Source of the DNA: Vescimonas coprocola | GTDB lineage: Bacteria; Bacillota_I; Bacilli_A; RF39; UBA660 | Assembly: GCA_963660615.1 (NCBI GenBank) | Contig: CAVKYE010000006.1 | Location: 5,145-69,144 of the forward strand | Direction of reading: 5' to 3' | DNA: 64,000 nucleotides | In this document: positions 44,751-54,480 of the stretch, in pieces | How the letters are laid out: each line of letters opens with the position of its first letter | How positions within the stretch are numbered: position 1 is the first letter of the stretch | Translations under genes and position numbers: made by a program | Notes under the pieces: generated by a model | Seen by the model: the letters and a program-made list of their open reading frames with translations, nothing else | Database searches by the model: none | Told to the model about the DNA's origin: nothing

Positions 44751-46934
44751 CTAGTTATCACTAATTTCATCATACTTCTCAGAAAGTTTAATTTTAACAG
44801 TTGCCCCAGATACATCACTACCAGCAGAAACGCTCTGTTCACTAACATATCCATAGCCTTCAAGTTCATACTTATATCCCAAAGCCTTCATAAGATATAT
44901 AACCTCAGACCTAGAATATCCCTTCAAATCAGGCATTTTATTCTCACCACCATTAGTAATTAAAAATACTTTATCATACGAAAGAACCGTTTCACCTTTC
45001 TCTGGATACTGACTAATGACCTTATCACCATCACCTATAATAACCGGAACAACACCATTTGAAGTAAGCTCATCACGCACACTAGCAATATCCTTATTAA
45101 CATACGAAGAAAGTTTAAGCGATTTAATATTACTACTATTACTAGTCGTTGTAAACATGTTCTTATACTTAGCAATATTCTTCATCAAACTATTAACCGC
45201 ATCACTAACAACAACCGTAGCGCCAACATTAGGCTTTTTAACTGCTGCATAAATAATTATCTCTGGATCATCCTTAGGATACATACCCGCAAAAGAATAA
45301 ACATATGCATTATCGCCTTTCAAATAGCCACCCTTAGAAGAAGCAATTTGAGCCGTACCAGTTTTACCAATAACATCAAAGCCCTCAATCATATATCTTT
45401 TACCAGTAGCCGAAGGATCATCACTATTAACAACATTATACATAAGTTCTTTTATTTTATTTACCGTATTTTGACTAACAATCCTCTCACTACTTTCAAC
45501 TTTTCTTTTATAAGTAGTCTTACCAGTATTTGGATTAACAATCTTCTTAACAATATGTGGCGTAAGCGCTTTACCATTATTAGAAATAATTGTAAGAGCC
45601 TTAAGATGCTGAATAACCGTCGTATTTATACCTTGACCAAACGCCGCATTAGCCACCTCAACAGGATACTTAAAACCTAAAGTACCACTAGTCTCTCTAG
45701 CTAAATCAACGCCCGTAGTCTTACCAAAACCATACTTATTATAACAATCCTTCAAATCATTCTTATCAATAAATTTGCCAATCATACTACTAACACCAAC
45801 ATTGCTAGAATACTCAAAACCTTTATCAAAAGTAATTGTACCCCATCCAGTATTATTCCAATCCTTAATAGTTGCATCCGCAATTACAATATTACCAGAT
45901 TTAAAAGTATCACTGCCATTATAAGTGCCCTTTTCCATCGCACACATATAAGTAAATATTTTCATCGTACTACCAGGCTCAAACGCATTAGAAACAAGCA
46001 AATTCTCATAATTCTTAATATCTCTTGTGTTAGGATTAAAAGAAGGCGTAGAAGCCGACGCTAAAATATCACCAGTCTTCGCATCCATAACCGATATTAT
46101 AGCCCACTCAGGATCATACTTTTCACTAATACCCTTAACCTCAGTTTCCGTAAACCTTTGAATACTAGAGTCTAACGTCAAATAAATATCCTTACCATCA
46201 ATCGCATCAATCTTAGTCTCCGCCGTATCAGGAATCTTATACCCAAGCCTATCTTGTTGATACTGCTGATACCCATCAGTACCTTTAAGCAAATCATCAA
46301 ATTTAGCCTCAATACCAAGTTCACCATCAATCGATGTAGTTACCTTACCATCAGAAGAAACCTTTTCATTAGTCTTCGCATATCCCAAAATATAAGAAGC
46401 AAAATCACCATTAGGATAATATCTTTTATAATTTTCCGTAAAATCAATACCAGGTAAATCAAGATTTTCAATCTCCGACTTTTTAAGTTCCGTAATATTC
46501 TTACCAGCCGTTCCAAGTTCAACTTGATATTTAGACTCTTCCCTTCCTTTAGTAAGCCTAGATTTAATATCCGCTTCATCCGCACCTAAAACATTCGCAA
46601 GTTTCTTAGCCGTATCATCAATATCCTTAACATAATCTATCTTACTACCAGTTTTACGACTCTTATCCAAATAAGCCACCAAAGTATAAGATGTAACATT
46701 ATGAGCCAAAACATCACCAACACTATCATAAATAGTTCCCCTTTTAGCCGTCAAAACCCTAGAAACCGTATTACGATTAGAAGCAAACTTTTGAATATCG
46801 TGTCCATTTACAGATGGTGACAAAGCCAAATAACAATACCTGCCAAACAAAATAAGAATACAAAGAAAAAAAGCAAAAAAAACCTTTCGCGGAAATTTCC
46901 AACCACTATTTTTCTGCCCTTTTCCTTTCATCAT
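44751..46934 (-). CDS. Class B penicillin-binding protein with C-terminal PASTA domains (PBP2B/SpoVD type)
   Basis: Transpeptidase motifs STMK-like (GSTMKIF), SSN, and KTG (GKTGTA). Two PASTA repeats at the C-terminus. dcw position after ftsL. The start codon is one of the ATGs at 46931-46934. Confidence 0.9.
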   Translation of the reverse strand: MMKGKGQKNSGWKFPRKVFFAFFLCILILFGRYCYLALSPSVNGHDIQKFASNRNTVSRVLTAKRGTIYDSVGDVLAHNVTSYTLVAYLDKSRKTGSKIDYVKDIDDTAKKLANVLGADEADIKSRLTKGREESKYQVELGTAGKNITELKKSEIENLDLPGIDFTENYKRYYPNGDFASYILGYAKTNEKVSSDGKVTTSIDGELGIEAKFDDLLKGTDGYQQYQQDRLGYKIPDTAETKIDAIDGKDIYLTLDSSIQRFTETEVKGISEKYDPEWAIISVMDAKTGDILASASTPSFNPNTRDIKNYENLLVSNAFEPGSTMKIFTYMCAMEKGTYNGSDTFKSGNIVIADATIKDWNNTGWGTITFDKGFEYSSNVGVSSMIGKFIDKNDLKDCYNKYGFGKTTGVDLARETSGTLGFKYPVEVANAAFGQGINTTVIQHLKALTIISNNGKALTPHIVKKIVNPNTGKTTYKRKVESSERIVSQNTVNKIKELMYNVVNSDDPSATGKRYMIEGFDVIGKTGTAQIASSKGGYLKGDNAYVYSFAGMYPKDDPEIIIYAAVKKPNVGATVVVSDAVNSLMKNIAKYKNMFTTTSNSSNIKSLKLSSYVNKDIASVRDELTSNGVVPVIIGDGDKVISQYPEKGETVLSYDKVFLITNGGENKMPDLKGYSRSEVIYLMKALGYKYELEGYGYVSEQSVSAGSDVSGATVKIKLSEKYDEISDN

Positions 46935-46941
46935 AAACACC

Positions 46942-47238
46942 TCATTCATCAACAACTATAATATTATCATTATTATAAGCAAGACCCATCTCACCAACAA
47001 CACTCTTAACATTCTCAAAAGAAGTAAGTTCACTAACCTTCATTGACAAACTCTCATTAGTCTTCTTTTGCTCTTCAATTTTTCCCTTAGTCTCCTCAAT
47101 ACTCATCTTCATCTCACTAATAGAAGCCCCACAAAAAGTCTTAATGCCTAAAGAAAACACAAAAGCAAACACAATCATCATATAAAGAATTCGCTCACCT
47201 CTAGTAATTCCACCCTTTTTTACTCTTTTTTTCGCCAT
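46942..47238 (-). CDS. ftsL: Cell division protein FtsL
   Basis: About 98 aa, a basic N-terminus, one TM, then a coiled coil. Lies between rsmH and the PBP gene. Confidence 0.7.
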   Translation of the reverse strand: MAKKRVKKGGITRGERILYMMIVFAFVFSLGIKTFCGASISEMKMSIEETKGKIEEQKKTNESLSMKVSELTSFENVKSVVGEMGLAYNNDNIIVVDE

Positions 47239-47240
47239 AA

Positions 47241-48155
47241 TCAAAGCCTCTTTTCTATAACTCTAAGCCTCGCACTACGAGACCTTGGATTAATCTCAAT
47301 TTCCGTAGAAGAAGGAGAAACATTCGCCAAAACATTAAACCTAGGCTGATATTCCAAAGGAATAACTGGAAGGTCCTTAAGTTCAGAAGGAACCATACTT
47401 ACCTTATTAAAAACCTGCTTACAAATTCTATCCTCTAAAGAATGAAAAGTAATCACACAAATTCTTCCACCCGGTTTAAGTATCTCTAAAGCATCATTCA
47501 AAGCCTTTTCAAAAACCTCTAACTCCTTATTAACACAAATCCTAATCGCCTGAAAACATTTTCTCGCTGGATGTCCAGCCCTTCTATATTTTTCAGGAAC
47601 ATTTTCCTTAATAATTTCCGCAAGTTCAAGCGTCGTCTCAATATTCTTATTCTCACGATACTTAACAATCCCCTTCGCAATCATTTTCGCATACTTTTCC
47701 TCGCCATATTTGTAGAAAATACTGACAAGTGAAGAATAATCATAATTATTAACCACCTCATAAGCCGTAAACGAGTCATCTCTATTCATACGCATATCAA
47801 GAGGTGCATCCTTATGAAAACTAAAGCCACGCTCCGCATTATCAAGTTGAGGAGAAGAAACCCCTAAATCAAACAAAATACAGTCCGGCTGAACACCTCT
47901 TTTCAAAAGTTCCTCCTTCATATTAACAAAATTAGTATTAATAATTTCAAAATCAGAAGAAACTATAGAAAGTCTTTTAGAAGCAGACTCTATAGCCTCC
48001 TTATCCTGATCAAATGCATACAAAAATCCATTAGGTATTTTTTTTAAAATATTACTGCTGTGACCACCATACCCTAAAGTACAGTCAACAACCACACTAT
48101 CATCCTTCAAATTAAGCCAAAATATAGACTCATTAAGCAAAACACTAATATGCAT
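47241..48155 (-). CDS. rsmH: 16S rRNA (cytosine1402-N4)-methyltransferase RsmH (MraW)
   Basis: HISVLLNE...DCTLGYGGHS...FDLGVSSPQLD...SLEDR. Confidence 0.95.
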   Translation of the reverse strand: MHISVLLNESIFWLNLKDDSVVVDCTLGYGGHSSNILKKIPNGFLYAFDQDKEAIESASKRLSIVSSDFEIINTNFVNMKEELLKRGVQPDCILFDLGVSSPQLDNAERGFSFHKDAPLDMRMNRDDSFTAYEVVNNYDYSSLVSIFYKYGEEKYAKMIAKGIVKYRENKNIETTLELAEIIKENVPEKYRRAGHPARKCFQAIRICVNKELEVFEKALNDALEILKPGGRICVITFHSLEDRICKQVFNKVSMVPSELKDLPVIPLEYQPRFNVLANVSPSSTEIEINPRSRSARLRVIEKRL

Positions 48156-48163
48156 AAAACCTC

Positions 48164-48589
48164 CTAGATATTTGAAAACAAATTATCAGCCATCAAAGAC
48201 AAATTAGACTCATTCTCACTCATAAATAAATTCCATTTATCCTTATCCCAAATCTCAAGTCTATCCCCAACACCAATAATCACACAGTCTTTTTTTAATC
48301 CAGCATAATTAATCAAAGGTGCCGAAATATTAATCCTTCCTTGCTTATCAAAATCGCCATTAATAGCCCCAGATAAGAAAAAGCGCATAAAATTACGAGC
48401 ATCACGAACATTAGGTAATTCCTGATATTTCTTCACAATATCATTCCACACATCATTAGGATAAACAACCAAACAACCATCAAGCCCTCGAGTGACAATA
48501 AAGCCAGCACCAAGTTCTTCTCTAATCTTAGCTGGAATAGTAAGTCTACCTTTATCATCAATTGCATGATGATACTCTCCTAAAAACAT
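48164..48589 (-). CDS. mraZ: Transcriptional regulator MraZ
   Basis: MFLGEYHHAIDDKGRLTIPAKIRE, and a second SpoVT/AbrB-like half with DKQGRINI. Start at 48589. The longer ORF-track start reads through the operator repeats. Confidence 0.93.
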   Translation of the reverse strand: MFLGEYHHAIDDKGRLTIPAKIREELGAGFIVTRGLDGCLVVYPNDVWNDIVKKYQELPNVRDARNFMRFFLSGAINGDFDKQGRINISAPLINYAGLKKDCVIIGVGDRLEIWDKDKWNLFMSENESNLSLMADNLFSNI

Positions 48590-48591
48590 GA

Positions 48592-48631
48592 AATCACCCA
48601 CTTTCACCCACATTCTTACACTCTACACCAC
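48592..48631 (-). promoter_or_regulatory. Array of four 10-nt-periodic GTG(G/T) direct repeats (MraZ-box-like operator)
   Basis: Minus strand: GTGGTGTAGA|GTGTAAGAAT|GTGGGTGAAA|GTGGGTGATT, then TC-ATG. The last repeat doubles as the RBS. Confidence 0.55.
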
Positions 48632-48892
48632 AATTTTACTATTAAAAAATTATTTTGTAAAGTATTTAAAAAACATTTCTAAAAAGTTTACGTAAAAAAA
48701 GGCCTAAGCCTTAAATATTTTTAATAAATTTATTTTTGCGAATAATCGTATAATAATAAACATATCACCCTCAGTCTTAAAACCACTAACAATATTCACA
48801 CTACCTCCTAAAAAATCACCTCTATCAAAAACAAACCATATTGACACCCCCCATTTCCAAATGTATAATAATCTTAAGTAAAGGATGATAAA

Positions 48893-49747
48893 ATGGACAA
48901 AATACTAATTGAAATAACAAATAAAGAAATACTCTTCTCATATTGTAATAAAGACATAACCGATATAACCAAACTAGAAGATGCAAACTCACTAGTTCTA
49001 ACCGAAAACATAATCAAAGAAAACCATAAACAAATAAGCAAATACCTAAGTGAAAAAAACATAAACACCATCGCCGTAACCCACATATCCCTAATAAAAA
49101 TTGCCATCCTTTTAACCTACCACTACCCCATATACGAAAACCTAATAATAAAAGAAAATGCTCCTTTAACCAAAGACATTGCCATAACCCTCATGCATCC
49201 AAGCATGAAATACAAAATAATAAAATGCCATAGTCTTCCAAAAGAAGCCAAAAACCTCCTTGAACAAAAAGGACTTACAATCATAACTACAAATGCCCTT
49301 CCCTTCGAAAGCACCCTAATGCTTAAAAATAGTTTTAAAGCCTATAATGATATCGAAAAAAAAGAAATCCTAATCATCGACTTCCCCCTAAACAAATATG
49401 ACTTAGAAGACTTTAGCGAATTTCTACAAACAAACAAAAATCTAAAAACCATCGAATTAAAAAGTTACAATTATAATTCATTAGTAAAACTAATAAAAAT
49501 CCTAAACCAAAATAACAAACAAAAAATCACCATAAACATCTACGAAAAAGACGAAAATGTCTTCTTAGACCTAACAAATCTCAAACACTTAAAAAAGAAA
49601 TACAAAATAAAACTAAAAATAATATATTCAAAAGAATACATCCAAAAAAACAGAAAAAAACAAATCATCAAAAACATAATAATCATATCATTAATAATCA
49701 CAATAGCAATAATCACATATTTCCTATTATTTCCCTATCAAAAATAA
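48893..49747 (+). CDS. Hypothetical tail-anchored protein
   Basis: 284 aa with a C-terminal TM (IIIISLIITIAIITYFLLF). TTGACA-17-TATAAT promoter at 48841-48869. No family recognised. Confidence 0.5.
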   Translation: MDKILIEITNKEILFSYCNKDITDITKLEDANSLVLTENIIKENHKQISKYLSEKNINTIAVTHISLIKIAILLTYHYPIYENLIIKENAPLTKDIAITLMHPSMKYKIIKCHSLPKEAKNLLEQKGLTIITTNALPFESTLMLKNSFKAYNDIEKKEILIIDFPLNKYDLEDFSEFLQTNKNLKTIELKSYNYNSLVKLIKILNQNNKQKITINIYEKDENVFLDLTNLKHLKKKYKIKLKIIYSKEYIQKNRKKQIIKNIIIISLIITIAIITYFLLFPYQK

Positions 49748-49797
49748 AAAACTATCAATATTTTCCAAAACAAAAAGAAGTCCATGGACCTCTTTTT

Positions 49798-49914
49798 CTA
49801 ATAAATGTAAGAGCCTAATAAAATAGCTAACAAAATATATAAAACTAATATAATTAAATAACTAGAACTAGACTTTCCGCATGTATTACCACATACATTT
49901 TCATTGCATGCCAT
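49798..49914 (-). CDS. YjcZ-like small sporulation membrane peptide (38 aa). Not in the ORF track.
   Basis: Hand translation: MACNENVCGNTCGKSSSSYLIILVLYILLAILLGSYIY. RBS AAGGGGG. Followed by the GTCCATGGAC hairpin. Confidence 0.55.
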   Translation of the reverse strand: MACNENVCGNTCGKSSSSYLIILVLYILLAILLGSYIY

Positions 49915-49937
49915 ATTTTACCCCCTTATCTAATGAC

Positions 49938-50021
49938 TTAAATATAAGCCCCAAGTATGATTATTAAAAGAATAAATAATACTAAAACGATAGCAGCGCC
50001 ACTTACTCCTGAGTTACACAT
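49938..50021 (-). CDS. YjcZ-like small sporulation membrane peptide (27 aa). Not in the ORF track.
   Basis: Hand translation: MCNSGVSGAAIVLVLFILLIIILGAYI. The core LVLFILLII matches the YjcZ-family pattern (recollection). RBS AAGGAGG. Confidence 0.6.
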   Translation of the reverse strand: MCNSGVSGAAIVLVLFILLIIILGAYI

Positions 50022-50182
50022 ATAAATCATCCTCCTTTTTGTCTTTTCACATTATTTTATGGAAAAATCAAATTTATGTGATTACTAATATGAAAAATAA
50101 TTAAAAATTATTGTTTTTTATAGGAAAATTTGCTATTATTAATATGTATGAAAAAAATCACATACATGAAAGGAAGCATAAA

Positions 50183-51190
50183 ATGAAAAACAAAATATTA
50201 CTAACTTTAGGAATAAGTGTACTAACATTAACCCTAACAGGATGTGGACAAACTCCAACCCTAAAAAATGGTGAAAAAGTTATCGCAAAAGTTGATGGTA
50301 AAAAAATTAGTGTCGAGGATTTATATGACAAACTAAAAACACAATATGGTGAAGCTACATTAGTAAATCTAATTGATGAATACATCGTAAACAAAGAAGT
50401 AGAAACTGATGAAGATGCCAAAACATACGCTGAGTCACAAATAGAATCATACAAGTCTTCATACAAAAGTTATGGCAAAGATTTTAACGAAGCACTAACA
50501 AGTGCTGGTTATAAAGACGAAGACGCCTTCAAAGAGGCATTAATTCTTGAATACAAGAAAAAAACAATAACTGAAGATTATGTAAAAGGTCAATTAAAAG
50601 ACTCAGAAATCGAAAAATACTATGAAGAAAACATTTATGGTGACATTGAAGCAAAACATATTTTAATCTCTCCTGACACAAATGACAACATGTCAGATGA
50701 CGAAAAAACAAAAGCAGAAGAAAAAGCTAAAAAAGAAGCCGAAAAAATCATCAAAAAACTAAACAAAGGTGAAAGCTTTAGCAAATTAGCAAAAGAATAT
50801 TCAGATGACTCAGGAACAGCTTCAAAAGGCGGAAAACTAACAATCACCTATGGTGAAGTCGTTGACGAAGTATGGAATGCCGCAAACAAACTAGAAAACA
50901 AAAAATATACAACAGAACCAGTTAAATCAGAATATGGTTACCACATCATCTACAAAATAAAACAAAAAGATAAACCAAAACTAAATGAAGTAAGAGACGA
51001 CATCATCGACAAATTAGTAGAAGAAAAAATGGATGAAGACTCAACACTACAAACCGAAGCAATGGTAGAACTAAGAAAAAAATACAACTTAAAAATAAAT
51101 GATAACGACATCAAAGAAACTTATAATAAATCAATAAAAGAAGCCCTATCAGCCGATAGTACTTCAGATTCAGAAAACAGCTCTAACTAA
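50183..51190 (+). CDS. prsA: Foldase lipoprotein PrsA (PpiC-type peptidyl-prolyl isomerase)
   Basis: Lipobox LTLTGC after MKNKILLTLGISVLT. Parvulin core (HILISPD...EYSDDSGTASKGGKL...GYHIIY). Start at 50183. Confidence 0.85.
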   Translation: MKNKILLTLGISVLTLTLTGCGQTPTLKNGEKVIAKVDGKKISVEDLYDKLKTQYGEATLVNLIDEYIVNKEVETDEDAKTYAESQIESYKSSYKSYGKDFNEALTSAGYKDEDAFKEALILEYKKKTITEDYVKGQLKDSEIEKYYEENIYGDIEAKHILISPDTNDNMSDDEKTKAEEKAKKEAEKIIKKLNKGESFSKLAKEYSDDSGTASKGGKLTITYGEVVDEVWNAANKLENKKYTTEPVKSEYGYHIIYKIKQKDKPKLNEVRDDIIDKLVEEKMDEDSTLQTEAMVELRKKYNLKINDNDIKETYNKSIKEALSADSTSDSENSSN

Positions 51191-51981
51191 GCTGTTTTTT
51201 TACTTACAAAATCATTAATATCATCCGCACTATACCCTTTACTATAAAGTTTACCTTTAAGCATATACAAAAGCTTATCACCACTATATTTCTTCAAAAG
51301 TTTATTATAAACCTTCTCCATCGAATCAAAATTGGTAGGAATAACAGTAGAAGCCAAACACTCTAAAACATCATCCCTATCATATCCCAAATTCACCAAA
51401 TAAACAAGCGTCTTTTGCTTAAAACTAAAAGAAGAACCTTTAAAACCACATTTCCTTTTATTAATTACTTTATTAATCCTCTCAAAAATAAAATCTTTAT
51501 CAAAACAAATAACCTGAGAAATAATTTCCGAAGAAACATTAAATTCCATTAACTTATTTTTAATTTTGAAAGGTCCATCCAAACTCAAATTAATCCTATC
51601 ATTAGTATAAGCCTTAGCAAAAGCCAAATCATTTATAAAACCAAGATTCTTCAAAGATAAAATAATCCTATCACTATCTTCCACCTTAATACCAGACTCA
51701 TTTAAATATTTTCTTACTTCCCACTCACTCCTAAGCCTTCTACTAATCATATTAATAGTCTTATAATAACATTCATAATAAGAAGTATCATTTATAATCT
51801 TATCAAATAAATCCTTACTAATATTTTTATCAAAAAGTAAATCATTTTTCAAAATAACATCATCATAAGTTGTAATAACATCACCATTATTAAAAATAAT
51901 TTTATATCTTCCATTGCTTTTTTTAATCTTCTCTATTTTCACCTTATCCACTCTATCAAACCTCCAAAACAATATTAACAT
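51187..51981 (-). CDS. recX: Recombination regulator RecX
   Basis: Repeated three-helix modules (SEWEVRKYL...LKNLGFINDLAFAKAY...). Length fits the Firmicute long RecX. The start codon is uncertain. Confidence 0.75.
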   Translation of the reverse strand: MLILFWRFDRVDKVKIEKIKKSNGRYKIIFNNGDVITTYDDVILKNDLLFDKNISKDLFDKIINDTSYYECYYKTINMISRRLRSEWEVRKYLNESGIKVEDSDRIILSLKNLGFINDLAFAKAYTNDRINLSLDGPFKIKNKLMEFNVSSEIISQVICFDKDFIFERINKVINKRKCGFKGSSFSFKQKTLVYLVNLGYDRDDVLECLASTVIPTNFDSMEKVYNKLLKKYSGDKLLYMLKGKLYSKGYSADDINDFVSKKTA

Positions 51982-52023
51982 ACATATGTACGTATGTCAA
52001 CGCTAAAAAAAATAATTATAAAA

Positions 52024-52224
52024 TTATTTTTCTTCAATATGTATTAATCCCTTTGATACTTCCTCAAGAGCTTTTCCTAAATTTTTAGAAGATTTATACT
52101 CATTTTCTTTTAATTGATAATGACTGTTTTCATCCATCTCCTTAGCTCTTTTCGCAACAACATTAACAAGTAAATATTTAGAACCAACTTGATTCAATAA
52201 TTTATCTATTGAAGGATATAACAT
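52024..52224 (-). CDS. rpoZ: DNA-directed RNA polymerase subunit omega
   Basis: MLYPSIDKLLNQVGSKYLLVNVVAKRAKEM. Confidence 0.85.
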   Translation of the reverse strand: MLYPSIDKLLNQVGSKYLLVNVVAKRAKEMDENSHYQLKENEYKSSKNLGKALEEVSKGLIHIEEK

Positions 52225-52315
52225 CTTATCACACTCCCAATATCAATAATATAACAAATTAAATAAAATTACAACAATTAAACCGAAATTTGACATTTTT
52301 TAACATTTAAAAACC

Positions 52316-53581
52316 TCATTTTATAATTTCATAAATAAGTTTAGGGGCAGACACTTGTTCTAAAGAAATCTCAAAACAAGAAAGAACCGCATTTTCAGGT
52401 ATCATTTTTTCATTATAATATATGCAAGCAAGCACATCACCAACCTCTACATAATCAGAAACCTTGCGAGAAAGAACAATACCAACACCATAATCAATAA
52501 CATCGTCTTTAGTATGCCTACCTGCCCCAAGACTGCGAGCAAGTTCACCAATTTTAAGCGCATCAATACGCGAAATATAACCAGATGATTTAGCCTTTAT
52601 TTCTATTTTATTAGATGCCACACAAACATCATCAACATTACCACCTTGATACTCACACATTTCCTTAAACTTCTCATATCCATTACCACTAGCAAGCGCA
52701 TTCTCAACATATTCAATAGCCTCTTCCATAGGTATGTTCTTATCTAAAGAAAGCATAAGAGAACCCAAATTAATTACAAGCTCATTTAAATCCTTAGGTC
52801 CAGCTCCCTTAAGAGACTTAATAGCCTCAAGAACCTCAAGGCCATTACCAATAGCAAACCCCAAAGGCTCATCCATATTAGTAAGCACACACAAAGTCTC
52901 CTTACCATTAAGAGTTCCAATCTTACACATAATCCTAGCAAGTTCCTTAGCCTCATCCAAAGTTTTAACCAAAGCCCCATTGCCAACTTTCAAATCAATA
53001 ACAATCTTACTAGCCCCAGAAGCAAGCTTCTTACTCATAATACTAGAAGCAATAAGTGGAATAGAATCAGTAGTACCAGTAACATCACGTAAAGCATAAA
53101 GTTTTTTATCAGCAGGACACAAATTTCCCATTTGACTTACAATAGCCACCCCAATATCAGAAACCTGCTTTTTAACCATATCCAAAGGAATATCCGCCTT
53201 AAATCCATTAATAGCCTCTAACTTATCAATCGTTCCACCAGTATGTCCAAGTCCTCTACCACTCATCTTAGCCACATTAACCCCTAAAGAAGCCATCAAA
53301 GGAGCCAAAACAAGAGTTGTCTTATCACCAACACCACCAGTAGAATGCTTATCCACACTATCAAAACCAAGGTCAATAACATCACCACTATTAAGCATAA
53401 CCAAAGTTAAATCAATAATCTCCTTATCACTCATTCCATTAATCCTAATAGCCGTAAGCAAAGCACTTATCTGATAATCAGGGATTTCACCATTCACATA
53501 CCCCATAACCGCATAAGAAATCTCCGCATTATTAAGTTCTTCATTGTTAATCTTTTTTGAAATAATTTGTAAAATATCCAC
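52316..53581 (-). CDS. pdp: Pyrimidine-nucleoside (thymidine) phosphorylase
   Basis: DKHSTGGVGDKTTL, MSGRGLGHTGGTIDKLE. 421 aa. Confidence 0.9.
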   Translation of the reverse strand: MDILQIISKKINNEELNNAEISYAVMGYVNGEIPDYQISALLTAIRINGMSDKEIIDLTLVMLNSGDVIDLGFDSVDKHSTGGVGDKTTLVLAPLMASLGVNVAKMSGRGLGHTGGTIDKLEAINGFKADIPLDMVKKQVSDIGVAIVSQMGNLCPADKKLYALRDVTGTTDSIPLIASSIMSKKLASGASKIVIDLKVGNGALVKTLDEAKELARIMCKIGTLNGKETLCVLTNMDEPLGFAIGNGLEVLEAIKSLKGAGPKDLNELVINLGSLMLSLDKNIPMEEAIEYVENALASGNGYEKFKEMCEYQGGNVDDVCVASNKIEIKAKSSGYISRIDALKIGELARSLGAGRHTKDDVIDYGVGIVLSRKVSDYVEVGDVLACIYYNEKMIPENAVLSCFEISLEQVSAPKLIYEIIK

Positions 53582-53647
53582 GCTATCATCCTTTCACAAT
53601 AATAAAATTATACCATAAAACAAAAAGAAAAAAAAGACAGTACACAA

Positions 53648-54007
53648 CTATCTCATTCTTTTGTCAATAAGTTTACAAGCTCTCGCAGGATCCCTATAAA
53701 GAGCCTTATAAATCTTAGGATACTTTTCAAGTTCCTCTAAAATAACAAGCTTTTGTTTAGGAATCATAACAGAATAATCCTCATTATCACTACTAACAAC
53801 TCTAACTTCCCTTCCAGCAAGAGCATTTAAACTAACATCCAAAATTTCTGAAAGTCTAATAAAATTATCAAAAGTAGGCGTTCTATCACCATTTTCATAC
53901 CAACAAACAGCCACCTTAGAAACACCCATCTTTTCAGCCAAATCAGCCTGAGACATTCCAAGTTCTTTTCTTCTTTGTTTAACTAATAAACCATCAATTT
54001 TGTTCAT
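53648..54007 (-). CDS. XRE-family HTH transcriptional regulator (CI-like position)
   Basis: RRKELGMSQADLAEKMGVSKVAVCWYENGDRTP. Divergent from a second XRE gene. Confidence 0.75.
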   Translation of the reverse strand: MNKIDGLLVKQRRKELGMSQADLAEKMGVSKVAVCWYENGDRTPTFDNFIRLSEILDVSLNALAGREVRVVSSDNEDYSVMIPKQKLVILEELEKYPKIYKALYRDPARACKLIDKRMR

Positions 54008-54191
54008 AAAATCACCGTTATCCCCTCGTTAATAACATTATATCAATAAAGTTAACAAATAGCGCATTAATTCACTTAAGGTTATCAAACAAACATACAT
54101 TTCAATTATACCATGTATACAAAAAGTTGTAAATCATAAGAAATGATTATATTAAAACCATAAATAATTTTAACTTGCAATAAAACGCCTC

Positions 54192-54248
54192 TTTTTTAAC
54201 AAAAAGTTAAAAAAATACCTTGATTATAACACAAAGTTAATATATAAT
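54192..54248 (+). promoter_or_regulatory. Promoter with a palindromic operator, belonging to the plus-strand XRE gene
   Basis: TTTTTTAAC-aaaaa-GTTAAAAAA (54192-54214), TTGATT (54220-54225), a 17-nt spacer containing CAAAGTTAAT, then TATAAT (54243-54248). More AAGTTAA(C) copies lie further upstream. Confidence 0.55.
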
Positions 54249-54267
54249 TATTATAGGAGGTAGAGAA

Positions 54268-54471
54268 ATGACAAAACTAAAAAAAATCAGAATAGCAAAA
54301 CAAATGAGTTGCAAAGACATGTCAAACATACTAAATATAAGCAAATCATTTTATTGGCAAATCGAAAGCATGCAAAGAAGATTAGCATACGATATGGCCA
54401 TAAAAATAGCTCAAATCTTTAATATGACTCCTGACGAATTATTCCTAGAAGACTACTTAAAACAAGGCTAA
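54268..54471 (+). CDS. XRE-family HTH protein (Cro-like position)
   Basis: 67 aa. IRIAKQMSCKDMSNILNISKSFYWQIES. Confidence 0.72.
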   Translation: MTKLKKIRIAKQMSCKDMSNILNISKSFYWQIESMQRRLAYDMAIKIAQIFNMTPDELFLEDYLKQG

Positions 54472-54480
54472 GCCTTGTTT
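54460..54480. terminator. Perfect 9-bp inverted repeat spanning both convergent stop codons
   Basis: AAACAAGGC-TAA-GCCTTGTTT. The TAA of the plus gene and the TAG of ssb both lie in or at the loop. T/A runs on both sides. Confidence 0.6.

Noticed and set aside
48874-49107. 77-aa minus-strand ORF (plus 49123-49314) opposite the 48893-49747 gene
   Set aside because: It is antisense to a longer ORF that has a consensus promoter and RBS. No independent signals.
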